IMG/VR virus record: IMGVR_UViG_648276647_000015
Span: 1 to 13,303 of that record
Length of the DNA stretch: 13,303 nucleotides
Direction: 5' to 3' (one strand)
Source of the DNA: a virus
Lineage: Duplodnaviria > Heunggongvirae > Uroviricota > Caudoviricetes
Position 1 is the first letter of the stretch; each line of letters starts with the position of its first letter. Position numbers and translations under genes: made by a program. Shown piece after piece: positions 1-6,970 of the stretch. The notes under the pieces were generated by a model. The model saw only the letters and a list, made by a program, of their open reading frames with translations. It was not told the origin of the DNA and did no database searches.

Positions 1-246
1 AATGTTCTTGTTTTCGTTAAACGGTAACACCTCATTCAGCCCGGCATTTCTGAAATCAATGTGCAACTGCTCCAGTGCTGCTTCTTTATCAGCACCCGTT
101 AATTCGAGATAATCCCAGAGGCTGGCGCATAAACCACAGTTTCGCGAAAATATTCCGCCTGGATTTGCTCCGTTTTTCAGCCACAAATCATAAGTAATAT
201 AAAACCCGCAAAGCTGTTGTCTGATATTTTCTTTGATTTCTTGCAT
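1..246 (-). CDS. Hypothetical phage protein, 3-prime truncated by window edge (at least 82 aa; N-term MQEIKENIRQQLCGFYITYDLW...)
   Basis: ATG at 246..244 on minus strand, open frame of 82 codons running to position 1 with no stop; same orientation as the upstream operon. Not in the ORF track because it lacks a stop in the window. Function not recognised. Confidence 0.45.
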   Translation of the reverse strand, partial: MQEIKENIRQQLCGFYITYDLWLKNGANPGGIFSRNCGLCASLWDYLELTGADKEAALEQLHIDFRNAGLNEVLPFNENKNI

Positions 247-343
247 TATTTATTACCGCCCTTTCGGGCGGCCTCCTGATTATTTGAGGGTGCAGAAATC
301 CCTCCGGTTAAGGATTAATTTTTATGTTCTGTGCCAAATTTAA

Positions 344-763
344 TTATTCAGTTCGGGCTTTTGTCGCCCTGCGTATCCGCGCTTTCACGTTGCGCTCAAT
401 CTGAATTAGCTTTTCTATATTTTTTCGCCTTTCCCGTTCCTCCTGGCGCAATTGTTTTACATCATCTGCCAGCCAGGTTTCTCTTTTCGCCACAGAGAGC
501 ATCCAGTCAAATGGTTCCACAACCGCACCGCAGATTTTACAGCGGACCTGACGCTCTTTTTCGTCAACCCGGACAGAGGCGTGATGGCAATATGGTCTTT
601 CCGATGGCTCATAAAGAAAATTAACCTGATTACGTGGGTCATCCTCTTTTACCGGAAATAAAACAATATTACTTAACTCATCTTCTGGTTTTATTTCCAC
701 ATTACCCCCCCCTTTGATGTAAATGCCAGCAACACGCAGTACCTGATAGTCAATCCCGCTCAC
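344..763 (-). CDS. Hypothetical phage protein with Cys/His zinc-ribbon-like motif (C-H-H ... CxxC), 139 aa
   Basis: ORF 344..763; GTG start at 763..761 preceded by AAGAGG Shine-Dalgarno about 7 nt upstream; overlaps the 3-prime end of the upstream methyltransferase ORF by 14 nt (coupled). Motif PYCHHASVRVDEKERQVRCKICG. Confidence 0.55.
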   Translation of the reverse strand: MSGIDYQVLRVAGIYIKGGGNVEIKPEDELSNIVLFPVKEDDPRNQVNFLYEPSERPYCHHASVRVDEKERQVRCKICGAVVEPFDWMLSVAKRETWLADDVKQLRQEERERRKNIEKLIQIERNVKARIRRATKARTE

Positions 764-1244
764 TGGTTGCCTCTTTCACAAAAATAATCCAATGTGTTTT
801 ATCGTTCTTGCCGGTACGCTGGCTGATGATTGGTTTCGCGTCGGTTAGTGCCAATATCTGGCGAACAGGTATTTGCGTTTCATTCCATTTAAAAATCAGA
901 ACGCCGTGTGGCCACAACACACGAAAGGCTTCTTTAAATCCCTGCCGCAAATCATCACGCCAGGTATCTTTATTCAGCCGTCCATATTTCTTTCCCATCC
1001 AGGCATTATCACCAATACGCTCAAGATGCGGAGGGTCGAATACAACAACCGGAAACGATGCGTCTGCAAATGGTAATGCACGAAAATCTGCTATCAGGTC
1101 AGGGCTAATAATCAGGCGTCGTCCATCACACAATGTGTGCTCTTCCTTTCTGATATCGCTAAATATCGCCCGGTCGTCATTCTTATCGAACCAGAACATG
1201 CGACTACCACAGCACATATCAAGAATGGTTGCCGGTGCACTCAC
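750..1244 (-). CDS. Small SAM-dependent methyltransferase, amino-methyltransferase type (DPPH motif), 164 aa
   Basis: Rossmann-type motifs in canonical order: motif I ILDMCCGSRMF (aa 7-17), acidic motif II AIFSDI (about aa 26-31), motif IV VVVFDPPH (aa 66-73). GTG start at 1244..1242 with AGGAGG 7 nt upstream; start overlaps upstream stop as GTGA. Confidence 0.65.
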   Translation of the reverse strand: MSAPATILDMCCGSRMFWFDKNDDRAIFSDIRKEEHTLCDGRRLIISPDLIADFRALPFADASFPVVVFDPPHLERIGDNAWMGKKYGRLNKDTWRDDLRQGFKEAFRVLWPHGVLIFKWNETQIPVRQILALTDAKPIISQRTGKNDKTHWIIFVKEATSERD

Positions 1245-1663
1245 TGCGCTACCTCCTGAAAATTACCCTGATAGAAAGCCAGTACACGCTGCATAGCTTC
1301 GCTCTTCCGGCACTCGCGACAGATTATATTCAGGCGCCTGTCGTAGCGGCGTATTTCTCCGTCTGGTAATGACCAGATAAGGTCAGGATCAACCACAGAT
1401 GGTTTCTTCAGATTTGCCCTTGAGAGTTTTTTACGGGCGTTTTGCCAGTCCTTGCGCGCCTGTTCAGAGGGGAATAACCCGTAACCAGAGTTGTATACAT
1501 CGCCACTGGCAACCAGCTCTCTGGCAAGAACGCTCATCAGATATCTTGTCGCACCTGTCTTGGCTTCCAGTTGCCGTAACGTCTCGCGACCGCTCAGACG
1601 TACAAGTTCAACAACCTGCCCTTTAATTTTTTCCCGCTCTTCTGGTGTAAATACTTTTGCCAT
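1241..1663 (-). CDS. Hypothetical phage protein, 141 aa (MAKVFTPEEREKIKGQVVELVRL...)
   Basis: ORF track extends to 1777, but the ATG at 1663..1661 is preceded by GGAGG about 5 nt upstream and lies 14 nt after the stop of the preceding gene; N-terminal extension lacks an RBS. Function not recognised. Confidence 0.55.
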   Translation of the reverse strand: MAKVFTPEEREKIKGQVVELVRLSGRETLRQLEAKTGATRYLMSVLARELVASGDVYNSGYGLFPSEQARKDWQNARKKLSRANLKKPSVVDPDLIWSLPDGEIRRYDRRLNIICRECRKSEAMQRVLAFYQGNFQEVAQ

Positions 1664-1677
1664 AGCGCCTCCGGCAA

Positions 1678-2439
1678 TCACTTTTCCGACACAATACGAC
1701 TGGAGGAATCGACAATCAGTCGAACAATATCCCGGTGCTTGTTCAGCTCCCGCAGCGCGGCGCAGACACGCTCCCACTTCTGGACATGATTTTTCGCCCG
1801 ACGCAGTTCGCGGTTTGCCAGATGCAGCGATGGCAAAATCAAATCATCAGCTCGCGTTGCAGTAAACGATGGCAGCGACTGCACAATGTCCGCCACAGTT
1901 TCTGTTTTAATATCTTCCTGTGTTGCTGCTTCCTGTACTGGTAACGCAACACCTGCTGGCTGAGGAAAGGCTTTACCATCATTTTCCGTTACCGATGCAG
2001 CTTTCGGCTCTACTGGTAAATTATCGCCCGGTATGCAGTAACGAAATTTACCGCCCTGATTTACGCGAATCAGACGACCTTTGCTGATTGCCATTGCCAG
2101 CGTTGAAGCCACTTTGCGTGATGTGGTACCGAACAATGTAGCCAGTTCATCCGCCGTTTGTGGTCCGCGTTGTTCAATCGTCGCGGTTAAATCGCACTCT
2201 GAGATTTTCGCTACTGTTGCCGTGGTGGTTTCTTCCGGCAGTTCTGCCTGCGCTGGCTGTTCCTGCTGAACGTTGTTATCAGCCACACGCCAGGTGTACG
2301 CGCTTTTATCAACGAAACCAGCCTTTTTCAGTTCCCATAGTTCGTTCAGCACTTCTTCACGACTGATATCAAGTCGCGCAGCAAGTTCTATGGATGTGGC
2401 CTTTCCCATTGCTTTCAGTGCGTCAAAAACAGTCTCCAT
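1678..2439 (-). CDS. Hypothetical phage protein with two predicted winged-helix-like segments separated by acidic/Q-rich linkers (DUF1627-like), 254 aa
   Basis: ORF track gives 1678..2490; the ATG at 2439..2437 has a strong RBS (GGAGGA, 8-nt spacer) and does not overlap the upstream DnaC-like gene. HTH-like segments [28 protein letters not shown] and [31 protein letters not shown] assignment from memory. Confidence 0.6.
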   Translation of the reverse strand: METVFDALKAMGKATSIELAARLDISREEVLNELWELKKAGFVDKSAYTWRVADNNVQQEQPAQAELPEETTTATVAKISECDLTATIEQRGPQTADELATLFGTTSRKVASTLAMAISKGRLIRVNQGGKFRYCIPGDNLPVEPKAASVTENDGKAFPQPAGVALPVQEAATQEDIKTETVADIVQSLPSFTATRADDLILPSLHLANRELRRAKNHVQKWERVCAALRELNKHRDIVRLIVDSSSRIVSEK

Positions 2440-2461
2440 TAAAATTTCCTCCCGGTAAAAA

Positions 2462-3208
2462 TCACTTCGCAATTCCTGGCTGGACGACATTCGGACGCCA
2501 GCTCTCCCAGTTAAAATTCACCCATCGCCCGCCGTTCATGGTCATGCGATCCATAATCCTCTCGCCGAGCAATGTTTTCATGGCCTCATAGTTCAGGTTT
2601 GTCAGCATCCCCACGCTGCGCATCGACGCTGTCCGGCGATCAACAATCTGGTGCAGCACCACCTGCTCGTTTTTTGTCTCGCGCTGAATGCCAATTTCAT
2701 CAAGAACCAGCAGATCCACTTCGCACAGCTCCCGCAAAAATTTTTCGCCTGACTGCCCGTCGTCATAGCTGGCGTGCAGGGCGCTCATAACATCAGCCAC
2801 GGTAACCACAATCACTGTCTGACCGTCTTTCAGCAGGCGATTCCCGATAGCTGCCGCTAAGTGATTCTTCCCGGTACCAGGTTTTCCGCTGAACGCAAAA
2901 TTTGTACACCCGGTCATCAGTTCATCGGTGATGGATTTCGCCTGGCTTAACGCGTATCGCTGGCCGTCGTTCTGCACCTGGTAATTCGCAAACGAGCATT
3001 TACGGTGCAACGGCTGGATGCCAGAGCGATTCAGAATTTTTTCCACCCGCAACTGACGATTCAGGCGGTTGATCTCCTCGCAACGTTTCTGGCCTTCAGC
3101 AAGTTGCCACTCACGCCACTCCGCAACCGTTCTGAATGGGGCGGTTACATGTGGTGGGGTCAGTCTGCGGATACGCTCCAGAACGCCGCCTGTCGCAATA
3201 TTTTTCAT
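2462..3208 (-). CDS. ydaV: DnaC-like replicative helicase loader (AAA+ ATPase), 248 aa
   Basis: Walker A-like [17 protein letters not shown] and Walker B LLVLDEIG; length and position immediately downstream of the initiator gene match Rac YdaV / phage P-type loader. ATG at 3208 with RBS; stop of upstream gene 7 nt away. Confidence 0.8.
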   Translation of the reverse strand: MKNIATGGVLERIRRLTPPHVTAPFRTVAEWREWQLAEGQKRCEEINRLNRQLRVEKILNRSGIQPLHRKCSFANYQVQNDGQRYALSQAKSITDELMTGCTNFAFSGKPGTGKNHLAAAIGNRLLKDGQTVIVVTVADVMSALHASYDDGQSGEKFLRELCEVDLLVLDEIGIQRETKNEQVVLHQIVDRRTASMRSVGMLTNLNYEAMKTLLGERIMDRMTMNGGRWVNFNWESWRPNVVQPGIAK

Positions 3209-3214
3209 GGTCTG

Positions 3215-4003
3215 TTACCCCCTGAAGCCTGGCGGGATCGCACTGTCCGGCAACGAGACGGTGTTAACCTGTCGGAGCAACGTCTCAGGCCGAACACCTT
3301 TCGGCGCGAACAGGCCCTGGTATTCATTGGCGATACTGTGTCGAATCACCTGCTCAGGTGTAAAACCCTGCTGGCGGAATTTTTCCAGCTCCCGTATCGC
3401 CCCGTTAGCGCCCTGCTCCGTTCGAATCGGTTTTCGCAATGCCTGCCTGAACCGGACCCACTCATGCCAGAGTGTTTCCGGCAACCAATCGGGCAGCTCA
3501 ATAGCCTCCGGCTCAAATTTTTTAGACGCTCGTTTTTGGCGAGGGGGATTTAGGGGGAGATCAGTATTTATATCTTCCTCTTCCTCTTCCTCTGGTAACG
3601 CTTTTTGATCCGTTTGTGTAACGCTGCCAGCGTTACCTTTTCGTTTCAGTTCGCGTATTTTTGTAACTCGCTCGTTTGTAACCGCCCGTTTTTTAGAGCT
3701 TTTCCCGTTATGACGTTCAAAGTTAGGTAGAGAAAGCCCACCGTCATTTTCGACCAGCCATCCAACCTGAATTAACGCATCAGCAAAACCAGCCATAAAA
3801 GTGATGCGATCTATTGCACTTTTTGTAACGCCGCGAGCGTTACAATCTGCATTACCGTCTATCATTTGTTGATCCGCCCATGCCCAGAAGCGAATAACCT
3901 TCCCTAATGCGGCATCTGGATCAATATTCAGAATCTCAGCAAGCCTGAATATTTCCGGCTTATCCGGCGTAATAACCTCGAGCTTTATCCAGTTTGAAGC
4001 CAT
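3215..4003 (-). CDS. ydaU: Putative phage replication initiation protein (YdaU / DUF1376-like), 262 aa, acidic EEEEEED linker
   Basis: Position upstream of the DnaC-like loader and downstream of the cro/cII-like genes; contains repeated palindromic DNA motifs (listed separately) as origins within lambdoid initiator genes do. ATG at 4003 with AAGGTG RBS. Family assignment from memory. Confidence 0.65.
   Translation of the reverse strand: MASNWIKLEVITPDKPEIFRLAEILNIDPDAALGKVIRFWAWADQQMIDGNADCNARGVTKSAIDRITFMAGFADALIQVGWLVENDGGLSLPNFERHNGKSSKKRAVTNERVTKIRELKRKGNAGSVTQTDQKALPEEEEEEDINTDLPLNPPRQKRASKKFEPEAIELPDWLPETLWHEWVRFRQALRKPIRTEQGANGAIRELEKFRQQGFTPEQVIRHSIANEYQGLFAPKGVRPETLLRQVNTVSLPDSAIPPGFRG
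3617..3637. repeat. 21-bp palindrome TGTAACGC-TGCCA-GCGTTACc (copy 1 of 3), inside the initiator gene
   Basis: Read directly; half-site-like TGTAAC also at 3662-3667 and 3677-3682 in the same orientation. Confidence 0.8.
3824..3844. repeat. 21-bp perfect palindrome TGTAACGC-CGCGA-GCGTTACA (copy 2 of 3), inside the initiator gene
   Basis: Read directly from sequence. Confidence 0.8.
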
Positions 4004-4015
4004 TTGTTTTCACCT

Positions 4016-4036
4016 TGTAACGCTCGCAGCGTTACA
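4016..4036. repeat. 21-bp perfect palindrome TGTAACGC-TCGCA-GCGTTACA (copy 3 of 3), in the ydaT-ydaU intergenic region directly upstream of the initiator RBS
   Basis: Read directly from sequence; sits 13 bp upstream of the initiator start codon. Confidence 0.8.
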
Positions 4037-4080
4037 TTTAACTGATACCGAACAAAACAATCCGGCACGATCAATTTCAA

Positions 4081-4503
4081 TCAATGCACTACGACAGAAT
4101 CGCCGGGCGACCCACCACCGCTGAAATGTGCTTTCCGGTAAACGGCCTGGACTGCATCATCATGCGCATCAATTGCCGTACTCAACGCTTCCTGCGCCGC
4201 CAGTAATGCACGGCGCTCCAGGGTATCGAAGATGCAGAGTCGGTGACGCAGCTCGCGCGGAAGAATTGCCAGAACCGCAGGGATGAGTTTCTGAATTTTT
4301 TCCCTTTGCGCTTTCGTTTCACCTTTCAACCAACGGTGATAGATATTCTGCTGATTGTTCCAGTCCTTGCCTGGTACAAGGGGCAATTCGCCGCCCCCCT
4401 GGCGCAGATATTCTTCAGTAATTGCGTTAGCGACCCACGCCTGCCCTTTTTCGGCTGCCAGGGCTAACAACACTGATTCGATATGCTCATGCCTGATTTT
4501 CAT
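4081..4503 (-). CDS. ydaT: CII-like regulator YdaT-like protein, 140 aa
   Basis: Sequence (MKIRHEHIESVLLALAAEKGQAWVANAITEEYLRQGGGELPLVPGKDW...) and 140-aa length match my recollection of Rac YdaT; ATG overlaps the stop of the upstream Cro-like gene as ATGA; AGGAG RBS 9 nt upstream. Confidence 0.8.
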   Translation of the reverse strand: MKIRHEHIESVLLALAAEKGQAWVANAITEEYLRQGGGELPLVPGKDWNNQQNIYHRWLKGETKAQREKIQKLIPAVLAILPRELRHRLCIFDTLERRALLAAQEALSTAIDAHDDAVQAVYRKAHFSGGGSPGDSVVVH

Positions 4504-4742
4504 GAATCAACCGCTCCTATGCTGTTTTCGCTATGCTTACCGTCTGGGGGGAATACATCGTCAAGTCCACAATGAGCGCCAAGCCGATTAAGGGTAGAAA
4601 CAATTTTTCTGCACTCCTCTAGTCCAGGGGTACGAAAATTTGCTTCGTAATTTGCCAGTCGGCTTTGTATCCACCCTAACTGAACAGCAAGTTGTCTTTG
4701 AGACAGCCCAAGCTGTTTTCGATATGTTGAAATTTTGTTCAT
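4500..4742 (-). CDS. ydaS: Cro-like HTH (XRE-family) regulator, YdaS-like, 80 aa
   Basis: HTH signature QRQLAVQLGWIQSRLANYE; divergent from the repressor gene across an operator region; GGAGG RBS with 6-nt spacer; first gene of the minus-strand operon. Confidence 0.8.
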   Translation of the reverse strand: MNKISTYRKQLGLSQRQLAVQLGWIQSRLANYEANFRTPGLEECRKIVSTLNRLGAHCGLDDVFPPDGKHSENSIGAVDS

Positions 4743-4838
4743 TGAAAACCTCCGATGACAATTTTAAACACATCTTGTGTTATATGGTCAAGCTGTTTTG
4801 TGTTTTATGTAAATCACGATTCGTGATACAAGGATGCA
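4743..4838. promoter_or_regulatory. Divergent immunity control region (oR/pR-pRM-like) with two 15-bp palindromes: AACAC-ATCTT-GTGTT (4767-4781) and ATCAC-GATTC-GTGAT (4813-4827)
   Basis: Leftward promoter candidate: -35 TTGACC (plus-strand 4786-4791) and -10 TTTAAA/TAAAAT (about 4761-4766), with the first palindrome in the spacer. Second palindrome lies 12 bp upstream of the repressor ATG. Confidence 0.6.
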
Positions 4839-5258
4839 ATGGAAAAAGAAAACGAAAAAATTGCCGCTAGTAGGCTCAATGACAAAATTGCAATGCGTCT
4901 TAAAGAGCGCAGGCAGAAGCTTGGTTTATCTCAAGGAAAACTTGCTGAAATCTGCGGATGGACGCAATCGCGTATAGGTAACTATGAGGCGGGCAGCAGA
5001 AATGTTGGAGTGCATGACGCTGTCGTATTGGGAAAGGCACTTGGCATATCTCCTCCTGAGCTCCTCTTTGGAGAACAGGAATCTTCTGAATTGTGGTTAA
5101 ATGAATCCCAACGAAAACTTCTTGAGTTGTTTAACCAGCTACCGGGCTCAGAACAACAACGAATGATTGAGCTATTTGAAGTCCGGCTAAAAGAAATCGA
5201 TGAGTATGTAGAAAAATATTTGAGAGGCAGGCTTAAAGATAATCCCTCACCGGAGTAA
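4839..5258 (+). CDS. racR: Prophage repressor, RacR-like (XRE-family HTH, no S24 peptidase domain), 139 aa
   Basis: HTH signature QGKLAEICGWTQSRIGNYE in the N-terminal half; divergent to the cro-like gene; 139 aa is too short to include a LexA-type autocleavage domain. Symbol assigned by context with the YdaS/YdaT-like pair. Confidence 0.7.
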   Translation: MEKENEKIAASRLNDKIAMRLKERRQKLGLSQGKLAEICGWTQSRIGNYEAGSRNVGVHDAVVLGKALGISPPELLFGEQESSELWLNESQRKLLELFNQLPGSEQQRMIELFEVRLKEIDEYVEKYLRGRLKDNPSPE

Positions 5259-5288
5259 TGAGCTTGCTATCACAGTAATATGCCAATC

Positions 5289-5312
5289 AGCCCGCTATCA
5301 GCGGGCTTTTTT
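5289..5312 (+). terminator. Rho-independent terminator after the repressor gene
   Basis: Stem AGCCCGCT (5289-5296) / AGCGGGCT (5300-5307), 3-nt loop, followed by TTTTTT. Confidence 0.75.
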
Positions 5313-5341
5313 GTACCATCATCATATGACACTCACCACAA

Positions 5342-5384
5342 AACACATTTCGTGTTGACATAAGAAAACGCATTGTGTTTAATA
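5342..5384 (+). promoter_or_regulatory. pL-like early-left promoter with operator: AACAC-ATTTC-GTGTT (5342-5356) abutting -35 TTGACA (5355-5360), 17-bp spacer, -10 TTTAAT (5378-5383)
   Basis: Consensus -35 hexamer and 5/6 -10; the palindrome has the same 5+5+5 architecture as the one in the cro promoter spacer; an imperfect third copy AACGC-ATT-GTGTT at 5367-5379. Confidence 0.55.
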
Positions 5385-5564
5385 AGCATATCCAAACAAC
5401 GCCCCCACCAGAGAACGGCAGGACAATACCTCGAGTTATCCAGCCACTGAACAGGGCTAAGTAGCCAGCCTGAGGCATACGAACATGACGGCAGTTGTTG
5501 ATTGATACAAAGCGCAGTAGATAAAACGTTCCGCCACCCGGCGTTAAGGGGAAATGAGGTCAAC

Positions 5565-5717
5565 ATGGATACTATCGATCTTGGCAACAACGAATCTCTG
5601 GTATGTGGCGTGTTTCCCAACCAGGATGGAACGTTCACCGCCATGACTTATACCAAAAGCAAGACATTCAAAACTGAAACGGGCGCACGTCGCTGGCTTG
5701 CCAGAAATACTTGCTAA
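5565..5717 (+). CDS. Small conserved prophage protein, 50 aa (MDTIDLGNNESLVCGVFPNQDGTFTAMTYTKSKTFKTETGARRWLARNTC); possibly YdaF/YdaG-family
   Basis: ORF track entry 5502..5717 starts at a TTG; the internal ATG at 5565 has a GAGG RBS 4 nt upstream. Position between repressor and kilR matches small Rac ORFs; identity uncertain. Confidence 0.4.
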   Translation: MDTIDLGNNESLVCGVFPNQDGTFTAMTYTKSKTFKTETGARRWLARNTC

Positions 5718-5915
5718 TCCATTATTTGGATTAATTCAATATTCTCGCTGTAGGGGTATAGCAGAAACCACCAAAGCCCGGAGGTGGTGAAATAAAACCG
5801 GGCACAACACGAAGGCGCATTTCCGATATCCATAAAGAGTCGGTTTTGTCTGTTAAATTTAAATGGTGGGAGTGCGCCTCCGGTTGTAAATAACGACATT
5901 GCTGTGTGTAGTCTT

Positions 5916-5963
5916 GGCGGCATCAGTTTTTTCTTGAAGTTCGGCTGATGTCCGCCCCTTTTT
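5916..5963 (+). terminator. Terminator-like structure upstream of kilR: imperfect stem GGCGGCATCAG / CTGATGTCCGCC with 18-nt loop, followed by TTTTT
   Basis: Read from sequence; long loop and one bulge make it a weak call. Confidence 0.3.
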
Positions 5964-6128
5964 AAAGTGAATTTTGTGATGCGGTGAATGCGGCTAAGCG
6001 CACGCGGAACAGTTAAAAGCATCAGTGTTATGGGTGGATTATCCGGCGTTAATTGTTAACTGGTTAACGTCACCTGGAGGCACCAGGCACCGCATCAACA
6101 AAGTTCATTTGTAAAAATGGAGATAATT

Positions 6129-6350
6129 ATGATTGCACATCACTTCGGAACTGATGAAATACCACGTCAGTGTGTGACTCCTGGCGATTATGTTCTTCAT
6201 GAAGGCCGGACATATATTGCCTCGGCAAACAATATTAAAAAGCGAAAACTTTATATTCGTAACCTGACCACAAAAACATGCATTACTGACTGCATGATTA
6301 AAGTCTTCCTCGGTCGTGATGGTTTACCTGTAAAGGCGGAGTCATGGTGA
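6129..6350 (+). CDS. kilR: KilR-type FtsZ/cell-division inhibitor, 73 aa
   Basis: Sequence [46 protein letters not shown]... recalled as Rac KilR; ORF track starts at 6117 but ATG 6129 has GGAG 6 nt upstream and gives the expected 73 aa. Confidence 0.75.
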   Translation: MIAHHFGTDEIPRQCVTPGDYVLHEGRTYIASANNIKKRKLYIRNLTTKTCITDCMIKVFLGRDGLPVKAESW

Positions 6351-6520
6351 TGACTAAGAAAATAAAATGTGCTTACCACCTTTGCAATAAAGAAATTGAA
6401 GAAAGCAAAAGTATTAAAAGACCACTTCATTTCATGCGTGGAGTTATCCCAACGACGGAAATGAAAAAATATTGTAGTGAAAGTTGTGTCGAAAAAGACC
6501 AGATGGCACACGAACTTTAA
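6350..6520 (+). CDS. ydaE: YdaE-like small Cys/His-rich (zinc-binding) protein, 56 aa; absent from the ORF track
   Basis: ATG at 6350 overlaps the kilR stop (TGATG); translation [56 protein letters not shown]; position between kilR and racC as in Rac. Confidence 0.65.
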   Translation: MTKKIKCAYHLCNKEIEESKSIKRPLHFMRGVIPTTEMKKYCSESCVEKDQMAHEL

Positions 6521-6594
6521 TTAACTGACTATGCGAAACTGAATTTATGCCAGCAATGGCAGGGATTCGCTCAACCTTAATTAAGGAGAAAAAC

Positions 6595-6870
6595 ATGATT
6601 ACCAGTTATGAAGCCACTGTTGTAACTACTGATGACATTGTTCACGAGGTTAATCTGGAAGGAAAGCGTATTGGCTACGTGATTAAAACAGAAAATAAAG
6701 AAACCCCATTCACTGTGGTTGATATCGACGGTCCATCAGGCAACGTTAAAACACTTCACGAAGGTGTCAAAAAAATGTGCCTGGTGCATACCGGAAAGAA
6801 TCTGCCCGCAGAAAAAAAAGCCGAATTTCTGGCAACTCTAATTGCAATGAAATTAAAAGGTGAAATCTGA
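6595..6870 (+). CDS. racC: RacC-like protein, 91 aa
   Basis: MITSYEATVVTTDDIVHEVNLEGKRIGYVIKTENKETPF... recalled as Rac RacC; ATG 6595 has AAGGAG 7 nt upstream, whereas the ORF-track start 6547 has no RBS. Confidence 0.75.
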   Translation: MITSYEATVVTTDDIVHEVNLEGKRIGYVIKTENKETPFTVVDIDGPSGNVKTLHEGVKKMCLVHTGKNLPAEKKAEFLATLIAMKLKGEI

Positions 6871-6970
6871 AAGAAATAGCCTGCGTATGGCGCAGGCTAT
6901 GAACAGTGTGTATCCGGCAAGATCATTCACTGAACAAACGAATTTTAATCTGAGTTGAGGTTAAAAAACA

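Noticed and set aside
331-661. ORFs 331..624 (+), 452..661 (+) and 457..642 (-) from the six-frame track
   Set aside because: They overlap the 344..763 minus-strand gene in other frames, lack RBSs and do not fit the operon; judged spurious.
808-1296. 162-aa plus-strand ORF and 873..1076 (+)
   Set aside because: Antisense to the methyltransferase gene, which has clear catalytic motifs and an RBS; no support of its own.
1678-2490. Longer 270-aa and 178-aa (1241..1777) versions of two minus-strand genes as given in the ORF track
   Set aside because: The extended starts overlap upstream genes and lack RBSs; internal ATGs at 2439 and 1663 have strong Shine-Dalgarno sequences.
1399-2591. Plus- and minus-strand ORFs 1399..1626, 1491..1865, 1735..1944, 2081..2269, 2160..2366, 2273..2458, 2394..2591
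   Set aside because: Shadow ORFs inside or antisense to the 141-aa, winged-helix and DnaC-like genes; no RBS or motifs.
3005-3608. Plus-strand ORFs of 182 and 179 aa
   Set aside because: Antisense to the DnaC-like and initiator genes; Ser/Arg-rich composition typical of antisense frames.
4243-4870. ORFs 4243..4467 (+), 4355..4591 (+), 4588..4773 (-), 4640..4870 (+)
   Set aside because: Overlap the YdaT-like/Cro-like genes or the operator region in wrong frames; no support.
5287-6022. Minus-strand ORFs 5287..5478, 5333..5644 and 5714..6022 (possible sieB remnant)
   Set aside because: No RBS, antisense-like composition, and they run against the plus-strand promoter and terminator; a degraded sieB cannot be excluded without alignment.
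6251-6511. Minus-strand 86-aa ORF
   Set aside because: Antisense to kilR and ydaE, which are recognisable and have RBSs.
6547-6594. N-terminally extended RacC (107 aa) starting at 6547
   Set aside because: No RBS at 6547; the ATG at 6595 has AAGGAG and gives the 91-aa length I recall for RacC.
6877-6899. Hairpin TAGCCTGCG / CGCAGGCTA just downstream of racC as a terminator
   Set aside because: No U-run on either strand and the recE-like gene continues the operon 70 bp later; more likely an mRNA structural element.
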